DNA of 64,000 nt. Source: Lobosporangium transversale (Eukaryota). A model generated the notes under the pieces. It had not been told where the DNA came from. It saw only the letters and a program-made list of their open reading frames with translations, and made no database searches. The translations under genes and the position numbers were made by a program. The stretch's first letter is position 1, and every line of letters begins with the position of its first letter. Shown here one piece after another: positions 1 through 11,860 of the stretch. Location of the stretch: assembly GCF_002105155.1 (NCBI RefSeq), contig NW_019028997.1:620001-684000 (forward strand), read 5' to 3'.

Positions 1-298
1 AACATCCACTGCCAACTACACTCATGTAAAAAGGTACATTGGTATAAAAAATATCATTACAGAAAAGCATACATCCACTTTTATACATTTCATACAGGAG
101 ACATGTACATTGTACGGCTCTACCTGTAACAACGCACATAAACAGTAGTAGAACCCATTGTTAAAGTGGTCCCTATTCCATATATTATTATTCCTCGGTC
201 GAATGACAATTCATGCATAGCAAAGTGGCGATGCTGGAATCGAGAAATGGGCACATCTTTTCATCTTTTCATCATCCATCGAATAATCACCACCAAAA

Positions 299-1495
299 AC
301 GACACTACATCTGTACTAACAGTTCTGAATGGCTGGCAACAACATCATTGGAAAAGTTTATGTCAGAACCGCCTCTGCCTCTGTAAGCAACGGTAACTCG
401 TCATACAATGTCAATCCGAGAGACATTCGACACATGTTTCCAGATGCAATGCGCTTCAAGCTGGATGGACGTCCCATCTCATTTCTCAAAGACTCTGATG
501 CCTCTGAAAAAAAAAAAAGAAAAGAAAAAAAAAAAAGAGTCTGCGCATGGCATTCTATCCTAACGAGATCCTGGACGTCATTACAGGAGTACGCAGCTCA
601 GCAACAGCAATGTTGCCATCAGTATGTCTTGCTTGAGGGAGTCAGTAAACCCGGCCTCGCAGGATCTTCCTTTAGTATCATCAAATACGACTACTCCATC
701 TTTCAATTCTTCCCTCACTACCCCCAATAATGGACAAACCGAGATGATCAACACTAGTCTTGGAAAGGGTATAGAGCTATTGCTAGAGGTCAAAGACTAG
801 AGCGACGAAAGCCTCAAATTATAATTAGATGCCGAGGTGAAAGACTACCAAATGCTTAAACTGCAATCGGAGGTACTTAGGCTACAGCAGGAGAGTAGGA
901 CGAAGAATAATGAAATACTTAAACTGCAACGTCAAGCCCTCGACAGACTTGACATCCTTCAGAAACATGTTAACGTTATTCGCATCCAGAACTTTGAGCA
1001 AAACGAGTATTCAATCCCTTGACTCTTAAAAATCTTGCCTGTTGATACAGCCAAGTAGAATTAGAACAAGAGGCGTTTGGAAATGCGGTGAAATTGAATG
1101 GCAACACATATGACTTTGTAAATTAACCATCACATTGGAATCCAGAATTACAGCCCAACAACTCTTTGATACGTTGACCAACGCGAGACGTCTTTACGGG
1201 TTGGACAGCACATTCAATTGGAATTAGGCCAAAGCTGATTTTGAAGCGTTTGAGAAAGTACTAAGGAAGTCAAATGCATCAATCCTTTGACTTGAACTTG
1301 GGGGCTTCCAAGGAAGTACTGGAGCTTCATTATATTGAAGCTACTGGAATTTGAATACTTGTAAATTCACTCAAGGCCCAACCTAGCCTTGACCTGCTTG
1401 GATTTGAACGACAAAATAATTGGAGATGAAGAAACTCTTATACTGTCAGAGGCACTCAAGACTAACAGCACTCTGGCCCTTGTAAAACAGTCTAA
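299..1495 (+). pseudogene. Decayed copy of the header/core/RNI-LRR family
   Basis: Family motifs remain readable (VYVRTASASVSNGNSSY..DIRHMFPDAMRFKLDG, QALDRLDILQKHVN..IQNFEQNEYSIP, one LRR IIGDEETLILSEALKTNST). Start codon is ACG at 299; stops at 317, 326 and 1020; frameshifts and large internal deletions. Confidence 0.85.
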
Positions 1496-1615
1496 TGAAA
1501 GTAAGTGTATATGAACTAATTTTGAGGCTTTCCCAGATACAATTGACTGGTTTGAAGTTGGAAATAGTATTTGTATAGCGAATAAATATAGTTTAGTTTC
1601 AATAAATAATGATCC

Positions 1616-1652
1616 GCAGCCAAGCGCTCATTGCGAGGTTGCATTTTGATCC
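1616..1652 (+). other. Degenerate 25S/28S rRNA domain V fragment in LRR-gene 3' flank
   Basis: gcagccaagcgctcattgcgaggttgcattttgatcc matches recalled eukaryotic LSU GCAGCCAAGCGTTCATAGCGACGTTGCTTTTTGATCC at 33/37 positions (hand alignment). Confidence 0.75.
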
Positions 1653-1689
1653 ATTTTCTTCAATCCTTAAACTCAATTCTTCTTCCCGC

Positions 1690-2020
1690 TCTCTTATATA
1701 CCATCCTTACTATCCGTATATGCTCCCCTAATCATCTACAGCAATGCCTTCCATATGTTTTCACAAATGAGTTAGCCTTCCTTTGTCGCGTTTCCAAGCA
1801 TTCTCCAAATGTTTCCCCGACTGAATAGATCTTAGCCTGAAAATTTACTTGTCCAAGTCGCTCTTTATGTGCGGCTCTTCCAAATGAGTTTTGCATGATC
1901 CTCTCCCCCTGAAAGAATATTTCATGGTAAGCTATATAGCTCCATTAACAAGTCTCTCCTGCTCGCCTTGATTGAACAACAAAGAAAAAATAAAAAGGCA
2001 TTGAATACGAAATGGGTCAT
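1690..2020. repeat. Diverged copy of an unclassified dispersed repeat (also about 5620-5960 and 31430-31770)
   Basis: Shared blocks: ctatccgtatatgctcc..aatcatctaca, gtccaagtcgctctttatgtgcg, aagctatatagctccatt. Confidence 0.8.
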
Positions 2021-2764
2021 TGTTTGCCTTCATAGAGGCGAGAAGTCCGAGTCGGCCAACACAAAAGGATCCCCAAGCCATGCAGAGGGGTTTGGTCCTG
2101 CCGTTCAGAGTAAGAATAGCGATGGAATCGTCGTTACAACAGCATGGCCAGGTTAAATGATCATCTTCACCTTTCTCCCTTTGAGCAATCTCTCTCATCG
2201 ACTGAGTAAGAAGGGTGCTTACTAATACTGGAGAAGGATTTCGCTATTGAATGCCGCAGTCAACCGAAAGATCTACAGAATGGCTAGAAAACATTGAGCT
2301 TGAAGGCGCGCGTGGTAGTGGGAGAGCCGCGATTCGAAAGAACATTCCACTCACTCCACCAACTGTCCTTCTGTACACCTCACACCTGCCTAGTATATAT
2401 CACCCGCGACATGGATACAGCTCATAACAAACAGTAAAGGATGCGTCTTGAAGCCAATAATCAGTGTTTTGACCCAGCTGCATCCCTTCGCAAATGTGAT
2501 GGCAAGTAAGTTGGGAGACGTGGTAATACCGGCAGACAGTAACATGCTTGCATCCAAAGTATAAAAGCACGTCAATTATCTGATAGCCTTTCTTCAGTTG
2601 CATATTTTTTATGGTGTTTGCAAATTACTTGAGATACTTGATTGAGCATGGCAGGCCATAGAATTGTTGCATAGTAATTATAAATGACGAGCTACCAACA
2701 ACACCAAAGAAAGCGGAAGGAGGTAGAGCATCATATTGCTACTCTTTGCGTTGGACCAATCAAT

Positions 2765-2952
2765 GCTATCTGCCAACTATCCTCATCCAAGACTTTGAAC
2801 TACACGAGTATCTAATCCCTCGACTCTTCATTGCTCAAGACTAGACCACTTTGGCCACTTTGGACTTGTCCTTCAATTCAATCGGGGATGAAGGAACTCA
2901 TGCGCTGTCAAAGGCACTCAAGGATAACACTGCTTTGACTGTATTGGCCTAA
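2765..2952 (+). pseudogene. Internally deleted remnant of the LRR family
   Basis: ILIQDFELHEYLIPRLFI is joined almost directly to one terminal LRR, LDLSFNSIGDEGTHALSKALKDNTALTVLA*, which resembles the end of the 34398 gene (GDEGAHALSKALKNSTTLTVAV*). Confidence 0.8.
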
Positions 2953-3028
2953 ATGAAAGTGAGATGGCTGATTTAATCATCATATTGATATTTAAGTAGC
3001 CAAGAAATATATAATTCAGTTTAAATAA

Positions 3029-3095
3029 ATGACTGATCTGCAGTAGCCAAGCATTCATTGCGACATTACTTTTTGATCTTTCGACGTTTACTCTT
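3029..3095 (+). other. Degenerate 25S/28S rRNA domain V fragment
   Basis: agccaagcattcattgcgacattactttttgatctttcgacgt resembles LSU AGCCAAGCGTTCATAGCGACGTTGCTTTTTGATCCTTCGATGT. Confidence 0.7.
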
Positions 3096-3439
3096 TTTCC
3101 CCTTGCAGGAGGCTCCTAGCGTGCCAACGTTGATGGTGGCTCATCACTATATCAAATATATTATAAAAGTGCTACCAAAAACAATTGGATGTGATGAGTG
3201 ATCCAATACGCCTGCGAGAAGTGATTAAATCGTGCAGTAGTTCGTATTTCTCCACACGCAACCTACTATTCGACTTTTGAACCTAACTCAAGCCCTGCTT
3301 GTCAACACCCATTTTCACATTCTATTTGCATTTACAGGGGAAATTTTCAGATGGGATACGCTTGCATTATTTATTTATTTATTTATTTTAACAACTACAA
3401 CTAAGGGACACAACTAGGGGACAAAGGCCTTGAGGATTA

Positions 3440-4150
3440 ATGTTGGCTATCTTGGGTATCTCTAGTGTATCAAGTGCGTTAAATATCTTGGATGCCTTGG
3501 GTATCTTTGGTGCCTTGAGTGCCTTGTGTCTTAAGTGCTTCGGGTATTTGGAGGGTATAGTGGGCACCGTGGCTGCATAGGGTTTTCTAGACGCCTTGGG
3601 TATCTTGGGTATCTTGGCGCCTTGGGCATCCTGAACGCCTTAAAGGCCTTTGATTATTATTGTTATTATTATTATTATTGTTGTCGTAGTTACGTATTAT
3701 AATGTACACATTATATTGCTACATAATAATGTTACATATTATAGTGTTACATATTATGATTAAATATTATAATGCTACATATTAAATATTAAATATTAAA
3801 TATTAAATATTAAATTTTTTTTTTTTTTTTTCTTATTTTTTTTGTTTTTTTCGGCTTTTTTTTAGTTTTATATTTTTTTTTGCTTTTTGTATTTTTATAT
3901 TTTTTTTTGTTTGCTTTTTGTTTTTTTTATGCATTTTTTTTTGCTTTTTTAATTCTTTTTAATACTTTTTTTTTGTTTTTGTTTTTTATAATGTTTTTTT
4001 TGGGTCTTTTTTTTTTATGATTTTTTTGGTCTTTTTTGTTTTATAGTTTTTTTTGGTTTTTGTGTTTTATGGATTTTTTTTGGTTTTTGTGTTTTATGGA
4101 TTTTTTTTGGTTTTTCGTGTTTTTTCGATTTTTTTGGGTTTTTCTGGTTT
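3440..4150. repeat. Low-complexity block: about 9-nt gtatcttgg/gccttg repeats, (tattaaa)n, then a T-rich tract with tttttttggtttttgtgttttatgga repeats
   Basis: Directly visible; mirrored at about 33240-33930. Confidence 0.85.
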
Positions 4151-4447
4151 TTATGGGATCGGCATCGACCAAAGCCCTTCGTCGGGCTTGGGGAAGGCCG
4201 GTCCTAGGTTCGGCCAGAAGAGAGGCCAAGAGCCTGGATGCCTGTCAAGGGACGTGGTAGCTCTTATTGTGGTTGTAGTGACTGAAAAAGAAAGCGAAAG
4301 AGAAAAGAAAAGAAAGAAAAAGTTAGCATCACAGTCAGTTAACACAAAGTATGAGAGCTGTGGTCATTATTTTTTTTTCTTATCAAGTAAGAGTGGATAT
4401 GTTTTTTTTATCTTTTTCTTTTGGGAGTGGAGCTTCTTACCTTTCAT
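4151..4447 (-). CDS. Putative spliced 45-aa microprotein (copy 1)
   Basis: Mirror of 32939-33235: upstream TATAAA, ATG AAA G|gtaag ... gctaac ... polypyrimidine cag|, in-frame second exon. Confidence 0.4.
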
Positions 4448-6248
4448 TTTCGTCAAAGTGGTTGAAGGATAAAGAAAAGAAGAAAAAGAGAAAGAGTGGA
4501 CAGATGACACCTTTATAAATGTTCGTTTTTGAAAGCCAAGAGGCAAGTGACATCATCCAACGTTGTTCATCGCTCTATCGATTCAATATTCGATTTAATG
4601 CTGAGATTGTATAGTGAAAGAGACGAAGCAAGGGAGAAGAAGGGTCAAGCAAAAAGAGCCGAGAGAGATTCATGTGATGTGCGCGCGTCCATTGCCCTTA
4701 CATCTCTCACATCTATTGGTCCGTCCTGTTGGTGGCAAAAATTTAGAAATTGAGACAGCGAATAGCAGCAGATGCATGGAGTCTATGCCGCTCATTATCC
4801 GCTTCTGATGTCATCTATACTCCTCTCATACCTCTTGGTACCAGAGCAAGCAAAGACCTCCCATACTCCAAGGGAAGAAACTTATTTAGACAATGAGCAA
4901 CGAGCAACATGTAGTGTGATGTGGTTAAACTAAACAGGACAAAGGTCCATAACATAAGCATAGTGACGGTTGTATTTACACACCCATGCTCACAGGCAGC
5001 CAGCCCTTGATCAAGAATAGAGGCAGAGTATCTTGACAACACCAGCCAAGTTTGTCTTCCTTTCCTTTGAAGAGGCTGACTGCGCAAATCGAAAGCATTA
5101 TAAAGGATTAAATGAAATAAGAATACATTATGAAGAGTACTATTCAAGATAATTCAGTGGAATATGAAAAGATAGTAAGCACAATGCATTTAAATAAATG
5201 TATGCTTACTATCGTCATTTGCAGCTCCACAAGCGATAAGTGTCATCAACAAGTCATAATGTTCTCTTAATGTCCGCCTCCCTTCTCTTCGCATATGGAA
5301 GCATAAGCATGAACAAATAGATATTCAGCTATTGACTCTGGCCTTGTTATATTTTTTAAACAAAGAAGTGAGATAAAATTAAATCATTAAACAAAATAAT
5401 AAAAAAAAAAAAAACAAATAGTAAATAGAAATAAAATAAGAATTAAATTAAGGAAATAAAAAATAAGAAATAAAAAATAAAATAAAAAATAAAATAAAAA
5501 ATAAGAAATAAAAAATAAAAATAAAAATAAAAATAAATATAAAAACAAAATATTGAAAATAAAAATAAATAAAAATAAGAAATAAAAAATAATTTTACTT
5601 CATTTTCTTGAATCTCGCTCTCTTACATACTATCCTCACTATCCGTATATGCTCCTCTAATCATCTACAACATATCTTCCATATGTCTTCACAAATGAGT
5701 TAGCCTCCCTTTTGTCGCGTTTCCAAGCATTCTCCAAATATTATTCCCGATTGAATAGACCTAAGTCTGAAGAATTACTTGTCCAAGTCGCTCTTTATGT
5801 GCGACGCATCCAAATGAGTTTCGAATACTCCCCTCTCTCTGAAAGGATATTTTATGATAAGCTATATAGCTCCATTAATAAGTCTCTCCTGCTCGACTCG
5901 ATTGAACAACAAAGAAAAACTAAAAGCCATTGAGTACGAAGTGGGCCGTTGTTTGTCTGGACAAGACTTGCTCTTCATACACTAACACGCATAACTGAGT
6001 GAGTGTTTTAGTTATTTTTTACTGTTACTTTAATATCTCCACAAGGACTTGCTTCATCACCATGGATTTGGCGCCATGGTATCTTTTTGGTCTTGAAGAG
6101 TTGATAGCTTTGGAGGATATGGCCTATCACTATTATTGTGATATTGGTAAGGATAGTATACCTAGTCATTTACTCAGTTCTGGAAGTGCAAATCAGACAA
6201 GTCAAACCTCTGCTTTTTATAAGTCCTGGTCCGCTTGTATAAAAGTCC

Positions 6249-6668
6249 ACTTTGGACATGAGGAACAGCTCGATTGGGAATGGAGGAGCCCTTGCACTGT
6301 CAGAGGCACTCAAGGTTAACACTACTTTGACCGCTCTAGGCCTGGGAAACAATTCAATTGGGAAAGAAGGAGTTCTTGCACTGTCAGAGACGCTCGCGAC
6401 TAACACTACTTTGACTACCTTGAAACTGGGATACAACTCAATTGGGAATGAAGGAGCTCTTGCACTGTCAGAGGCTCTCAAGATTAACACAACCTTAACT
6501 GGTTTGGACTTGTCCGACAACTCAATTGGGAATGAAGGAGCCCTTGCATTGTCAATGGCACTCAAGACTAATATAGCTTTGACTGCCTTGGATTTGTGGA
6601 GGAACCCAATTGGAAAGGAAGGAGCTCTTGCACTACTAGAGGCGACCATCACAATAGTATTTGAATAG
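6249..6668 (+). pseudogene. Orphan 5'-truncated LRR cassette (about 5 RNI-like repeats plus family C-terminus)
   Basis: LDMRNSSIGNGGALALSEALKVNTT... fused to repeat A at about 6248; no header or core domain upstream. Confidence 0.85.
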
Positions 6669-7159
6669 TGTAGGAAAATAACTTATTCCAAATAATTTGC
6701 TGATCTGCAGTAAAGTGTTCATTGCAACATTGCTTTCTTTAGTAAGAACACTTGCATTCTGTTCCAGTGCTTGCCATCATAGAAATCCTTAAGGGAGCGG
6801 CGACATTAACAAAATAAAATAAAAATGGCCCTCATCAGACGATCGGCTCCAGCCATTGTTAAAGTTTGAAGGGTGCAATGGTACAAAGCTTATTTAATGA
6901 TTGATGACTAAGTGCAAGGCGCTGTACATTGGTATTCTATTGAATCGATCATTCGACCGCACACATTTTAGATGAGAAGCTATTGTAACAAGAGCAGTTT
7001 AGATGAGAACAGTATTGAATGGATAGCGGGCGTTAAATATACTACGGTTGTTTCCAGGCGATCATTAACCCATTCTCATAGCTCTATACCTATGATGCTG
7101 CCAAATAAAACGAACTCTTAGCAGCATTGGTATGTTAGGATTCTCTTGCAAAGAGAGGG

Positions 7160-7225
7160 ACCAGACATCGAAGGATCAAAAGCCACCAATGTTATGAGCG
7201 TTTGCTTCCAGCAGCCACTAACTTA
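7160..7225 (-). other. Degenerate 25S/28S rRNA domain V fragment
   Basis: 7164-7181 is the reverse complement of TTTTGATCCTTCGATGTC, an exact 18-nt match to recalled LSU sequence. Confidence 0.7.
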
Positions 7226-7365
7226 TTTGGTCAAACTAATATTCTTAGCTATCAAGATTACATTGCTAACCAAATCATCAAATAAATCTAATGATGGCTC
7301 ATATTCATCAGTCAACTTCGAATGTGTTACGCCGCCGGCAATTTTGGATGTCAGTAAAGATACCC

Positions 7366-9897
7366 TCACGTAAAACGGATCCGCGCCGCAATAGTCTTGA
7401 GCACCTCAGACAGTGCAAGGGCTTCTTCCTTTCCAATTGAGTTGTCCCTCAAGTCCAATTTAGTCAATGTGGCGTTAGTCTTGAGCGCTTCTGACAGCGC
7501 AAGAACTCCTTCCTTCCCAATTGAGTTGTAATGCAAGTTCAAAGTAGTCAAAGTTGTATTGACCTTGAGTGCCTCTGACAGTGCAAGGGCCCCATCATCC
7601 CCAATTGAGTTGTGCCTCAAGTCCAAAGTAGTCAAGGATGCGTTAGCCTTGAGTGCCTCTGATAATGCAAATGTTCCTTTATTCCCAATTGAGTTGTACC
7701 TCAAGTCCAGAGTTGTCAAGGTAGCGTTAGCTTTGAGTGCCTCTGACAGCGCAAGAGCTCCTTCCTTCCCAATGGCGTTGCTGAACAAGTCCAAAGTAGT
7801 CAAGGATGTGTTGGCCTTGAGTGCCTCTGACAGCGCAAGAGCCCCTTCCTTCCCAATTAAGTTGTGCCTCAAGCGCAAAATACTCAAGGTTGTGTTAGTC
7901 TTAAGTGCATCTGACAGTGCAAGAGCTCCTTTCTTCCCAATTGAGCTGTAACGCAAGTTCAAAGTAGTCAAGGTTGTGTTGATCTTGAGCGCCTCTGACA
8001 GTGCAAGAGCTCCTTCATCCCCAATTGATTTACTACTGAAGTCCAAACAAGTCAAAGTTGTATTCGTCTTCGACAGTAACAGAGCCCCTTCCTTTCCAAG
8101 CGAGCCGTACTCCATGTCCAAAGTAATCAAAGTTGTATTAGTCTTGAGTGCTTCTAACAGTGCAAGAGCTCCTTCCTTCCCAATTCGGTTGCACATCAAA
8201 TCCAGCGTGGTCAAAGTCTTGTTAGTCTTGAGTGCTTCTGATAGTTCCAGAACTTATTCATCCCCAATTGAAAGGCCCTTCAAGTTCAACGTAGTAATAG
8301 CGTTATCGTCCCTGAGTGTATTTGCGAGTGATCGAAAGTCACTAGCATCAATCTCTCGAGGCTTCATCTCAATAGTTAGCTTTTGAAGGTGTGGTGGCCT
8401 GCTGAGTCGTAAACTGGGGGCCTTTATAGTGTTCGGAGGTAAAACAATATGGATCGCCTTCATGCTGCTAAGTTCTATGATGTGAACAAGCATTCCATAT
8501 CTGGGAGCCATTGAAAGTATTTCTTTGGTGGTGCTTTCTTGAAACTCTCCGAGTTCAAGCCGAAGGATCGATACACTTGACTTCTTTAGTGCTTCTTCAA
8601 ATGCTTCAAGATCACTTTTACTCCAATTCCAGTCAAAACTGATATCCAACTCGTAAACACGTCTCGCATCGGTCAGCACATTGAAGAATTCTTCAGCTGT
8701 TGTTTTGGTCTTCAATATGATGGTCACTTTGCCTAGGTGCAAGTCATATTCGCCGCCATTCAGCTCCACTACCTTTTCGAACGCTTTTTGTTCTGCTTCT
8801 CTATATGTTGAGCGATAGTGATCAAAACAGACCCATTTGACATGGCCTGTCTCTGTCGTGATGCTGTACAAGTTGCCAAGTTGTTTGTCTTCATCATTGT
8901 TTTGAAGGAATTTCCCCAGTTGCCGAAGATCGGCTTCTTCAAGTGCCTCACACTCACCGATTTTGTTGATCTTGCTCAAGACTGGGTACTCATTAGGGAG
9001 TGCTTCCATATATTTGATCGAATAGTCGATACCGGCATCGAGATTAGGAGTTGGTACCAGGGAAGCTGTCAAAGGCATCCCCATTTTGAGAGAATGTAAA
9101 AGGATAAGCATGTACTTTCCATACTTGCGAAAGAACTCTGTGCTGTTTCGGATGTCATATCCTTCATGTTTGGCAATATGGATCTGGTTCTGATTGCTTT
9201 TGCTTATCGTTGCAGTGTGCTCTCCACATTCACAAAGGAAATGAAGGCGGAACTTGCTCCTCAGGATATTCCTTGGGTCCCACTTGGTGGTGTCAACAGG
9301 CAGGACTATAAAGAGTCGAGGGATTGGGTACTCATGTAACTCAAAGTTCTGGATAAGGATAGCAAGTCTGTCAAGAACTTGCTGCTGCAGTTTAAGCATT
9401 TCGTCGTCCTTCTTTTTGGCTTCCAGTAACAAGTCAAGCATCTTTTTGGCGTTTTCTTTAGTCTCTAGGATCAAATCCGTAGTCGTTTTAAGGCTGGAGC
9501 TGCTACTATTACTGCTGCTATTATTATTGCAGACCTGTGGTCCATCTGTAATGACATCCAGGATCTTGTCAGGATAGAATGCAATGCATGGGGGTTCGAT
9601 TCTAATAGGACAAAAGTAAAAACAAAACTTAGGATATGCAATTGAGTTCTCTTACTTTTTGTTCCTGAGCAACACATACGATAAATAAATACTTTACCTG
9701 TTGCCATTAGAGTCTTGAAGGAACAGGATGGGATGTTCATCCAGCTTGAATCGCTGTGCATCTGGAAACACATCCTGAATGTCTTGTAAACACACATAGT
9801 ATGATGAGTTGCCATTGCTTGCAGAGATGGAGGCAGTCCTGACACCGACTTCTTCAATGATGCCAGCTTTTCGGAATTGTTGGTACTGTTGAGTCAT
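7366..9897 (-). pseudogene. LRR-family gene with 11 LRRs, interrupted by an in-frame TAA in LRR1
   Basis: Exon 1 9897-9698, intron 9697-9602 (GT..AG), exon 2 from 9601. The TAA at 8256-8254 is in frame with the downstream LRR ORF 8214-7366. It also lacks about 7 aa (LQRHANA) present in paralogs. Confidence 0.85.
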
Positions 9898-11860
9898 GAG
9901 ATAATTCGAGGATAATGATGAAAAGTAGGAATGAAAAGATTCGTTCCATCTATTTTTTATACAATGTTTTTTTTTTTTTATTTTTTTATTTTTGGCTTCG
10001 ACTCTCCATCTCATCCATTTCTTTATTTTATGGAGTGATTCTGGTGTATCATTCATATTTCTTTCCACTCGAGGACTAATATGGCTCCTCATGCCATATT
10101 ATTCTTCAGAACAGCTTCTCCATTGATCCACTGAGCGTACAGTTACTCTCTAACCACTTGGGAAATCGGTCCTCTCATCCACCTTTGACATCGTACACGG
10201 AATGTTGTCGTCTATGACCACCGAGCACTGGAGAGTTTCCCAATCCCTTGCATCTGTTGCAATGTGTACTTTTTCCTATCCCGCATCGGATGGCCACTTT
10301 CGCTTCCTATCAGTCAATGTTGCTCCAAGCTGATTATACTCTGCGTCAATCCTTAAATAAAGTCCTCCTTTCTGGACAGTAACTCCAAGAATATAGCCAT
10401 CCAAACTAGAACGTCGAAAATGCAGGAAATAGTCATCCCTGACCAGATGCTCGACACCCGTTTAGATGCTCTAAACTAGAACTGCGAGTGGCGCATCTAG
10501 TTTAGCTTATGAATTCTGCCTTGCATGCATTTTATTCGTGTGGTGATTAAACGCGTAATTTGGTTCTATAAGGCACGTGACACCCATTTTCTTTTTTTTT
10601 CTCTCTCGTTCTTGGCATGACGCGTAAACATTCCTCTTCACTCACTTCATTCACTCTGCTCAGCAATTGCTTCTGTCTTCAATTCAAACCTGCTTCCCAT
10701 AACATGAGGTTGCTTTACAAGGTTATCAAGACTAGCAAGCGCAATGAAACGAAGTATAGCCACAAGGTAAGGGATTGGTTGTGACTAAGAACAAGCATAG
10801 CGTGTGTACGGATTTCAGAGAAAGGATGCGAGCAGGGTCCTCCGTGGGTACATGAGAAGAGTACAGTCTATGCTAAGGCGCTGGATTGCTTCTCGCTATG
10901 ACCTCGCCTCAGAGCCCGGGACTGAGGTGGTGCTGGATTTGAGCTTGTTGTTCTTGTTTGCTCCGTTGGGTGTCTTCACCTCTCCATGTTGAGCATGGAT
11001 GGTGCAGCAGCTTGAACGACATGTTCTCCGTCAGACTCGTGGGTCCATGAGGGGGTTGTTGTACCACGCAGTTGATAATGTGGTGCAAATAAGTCCCTCC
11101 TCCATATGGCCTCATCCGACTTCTTTGGAGTCCACTTCCCGTTGGACCTATCTGGGAGTCATATTGTAAGCAATTCTGCTCATCATGTTGGTTGCTCTTT
11201 GGGTACATGAGAGACACATAGTCGATGCTAAAAGGTGTGGACTGTCTCTTGCTATGACCTCCCCATGAGTCTTTTTGGCTCTTGGCAGTGCTGCAATCGA
11301 TGCCTGTTGTCTCTTTGAGGCTGATGGCTATGACGAACGTTAGGAATCATCCAATTGCGGTTGTTTTCATCGTTGGATGTCTGGGACCCCTGCCCCTGAG
11401 GAAATGAGCAGATTAATAGCACAAAGGAAGTTGTGCGGTTGTGTTTTGTCTCTTCAGCTCACTAACCAATCCCCAATTATTTTAGTTCTTCTCATTAGAT
11501 ATTGCCTATAACTGAGCAAGATCCCCATTGAGCAGGCAGCTACCGCTGCTCACCAGCCAGGTGCTAAAGCAGGCACAAGTGAGTAAGCAGAGATATTCGC
11601 ACCTTATCGCTCTGTTAGATAGAGGGACAGCAACTGAGATACACAAGGATGATCCAAATGATGACAAGAATGACAATGGAGGTATCTCAGGTTAGTGCAA
11701 TACCATTAAAAGCTCTCTTAATGTGTTCAATGAGCGAAGGAGATACGGACCCCAAGGATGCGTCTTTTGCAGTAGATGCATGTTGTGATAGTGGAAATGC
11801 CAGCAGCTCTAAAGATGGCAGGGTAGATGACTTGTAGCAAATAAATAAATATGTCAATAA
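9300..11860. repeat. Inverted segmental duplication B, left arm (partner about 39205-41760)
   Basis: ORFs 10804-10992, 10909-11217 and 11649-11837 are identical to 40073-40261, 39848-40156 and 39228-39416 (sums 51065). Includes the upstream region, exon 1 and intron of an LRR gene. Confidence 0.95.
10551..10625. promoter_or_regulatory. Promoter-like motif cluster (two ACGCGT, TATAA, CACGTG); duplicated at about 40440-40515
   Basis: ACGCGT at 10551 and 10620, TATAA at 10567, CACGTG at 10574, followed by a pyrimidine-rich leader and ATG at 10704. Confidence 0.35.

Larger units (their letters stand above)
2880..6248. repeat. Inverted segmental duplication A, left arm (partner about 31138-34470)
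   Basis: ORFs from 4036 to 5933 have identical translations to ORFs from 31453 to 33350 on the opposite strand, with coordinate sums constant at 37386. Both ends are more diverged. Confidence 0.95.

Noticed and set aside
299..1495. RIP as the cause of pseudogenisation
   Set aside because: Near-identical multi-kb duplications persist unmutated and there is no dense CpA>TpA pattern.
1616..1652. Functional rRNA gene at the LSU-like segments
   Set aside because: Only about 40-70 nt, degenerate, with no surrounding rDNA.
4036..4472. Phe-rich or Lys-rich ORFs (also 32914-33350, 38448-38768, 11932-12337, 24511-24828)
   Set aside because: By-products of poly(T)/poly(A) low-complexity DNA.
8254..8256. 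Programmed readthrough of the in-frame TAA before the LRRs
   Set aside because: Paralogs have a sense codon here and TAA-G is a poor readthrough context; simple nonsense change or error is more likely.
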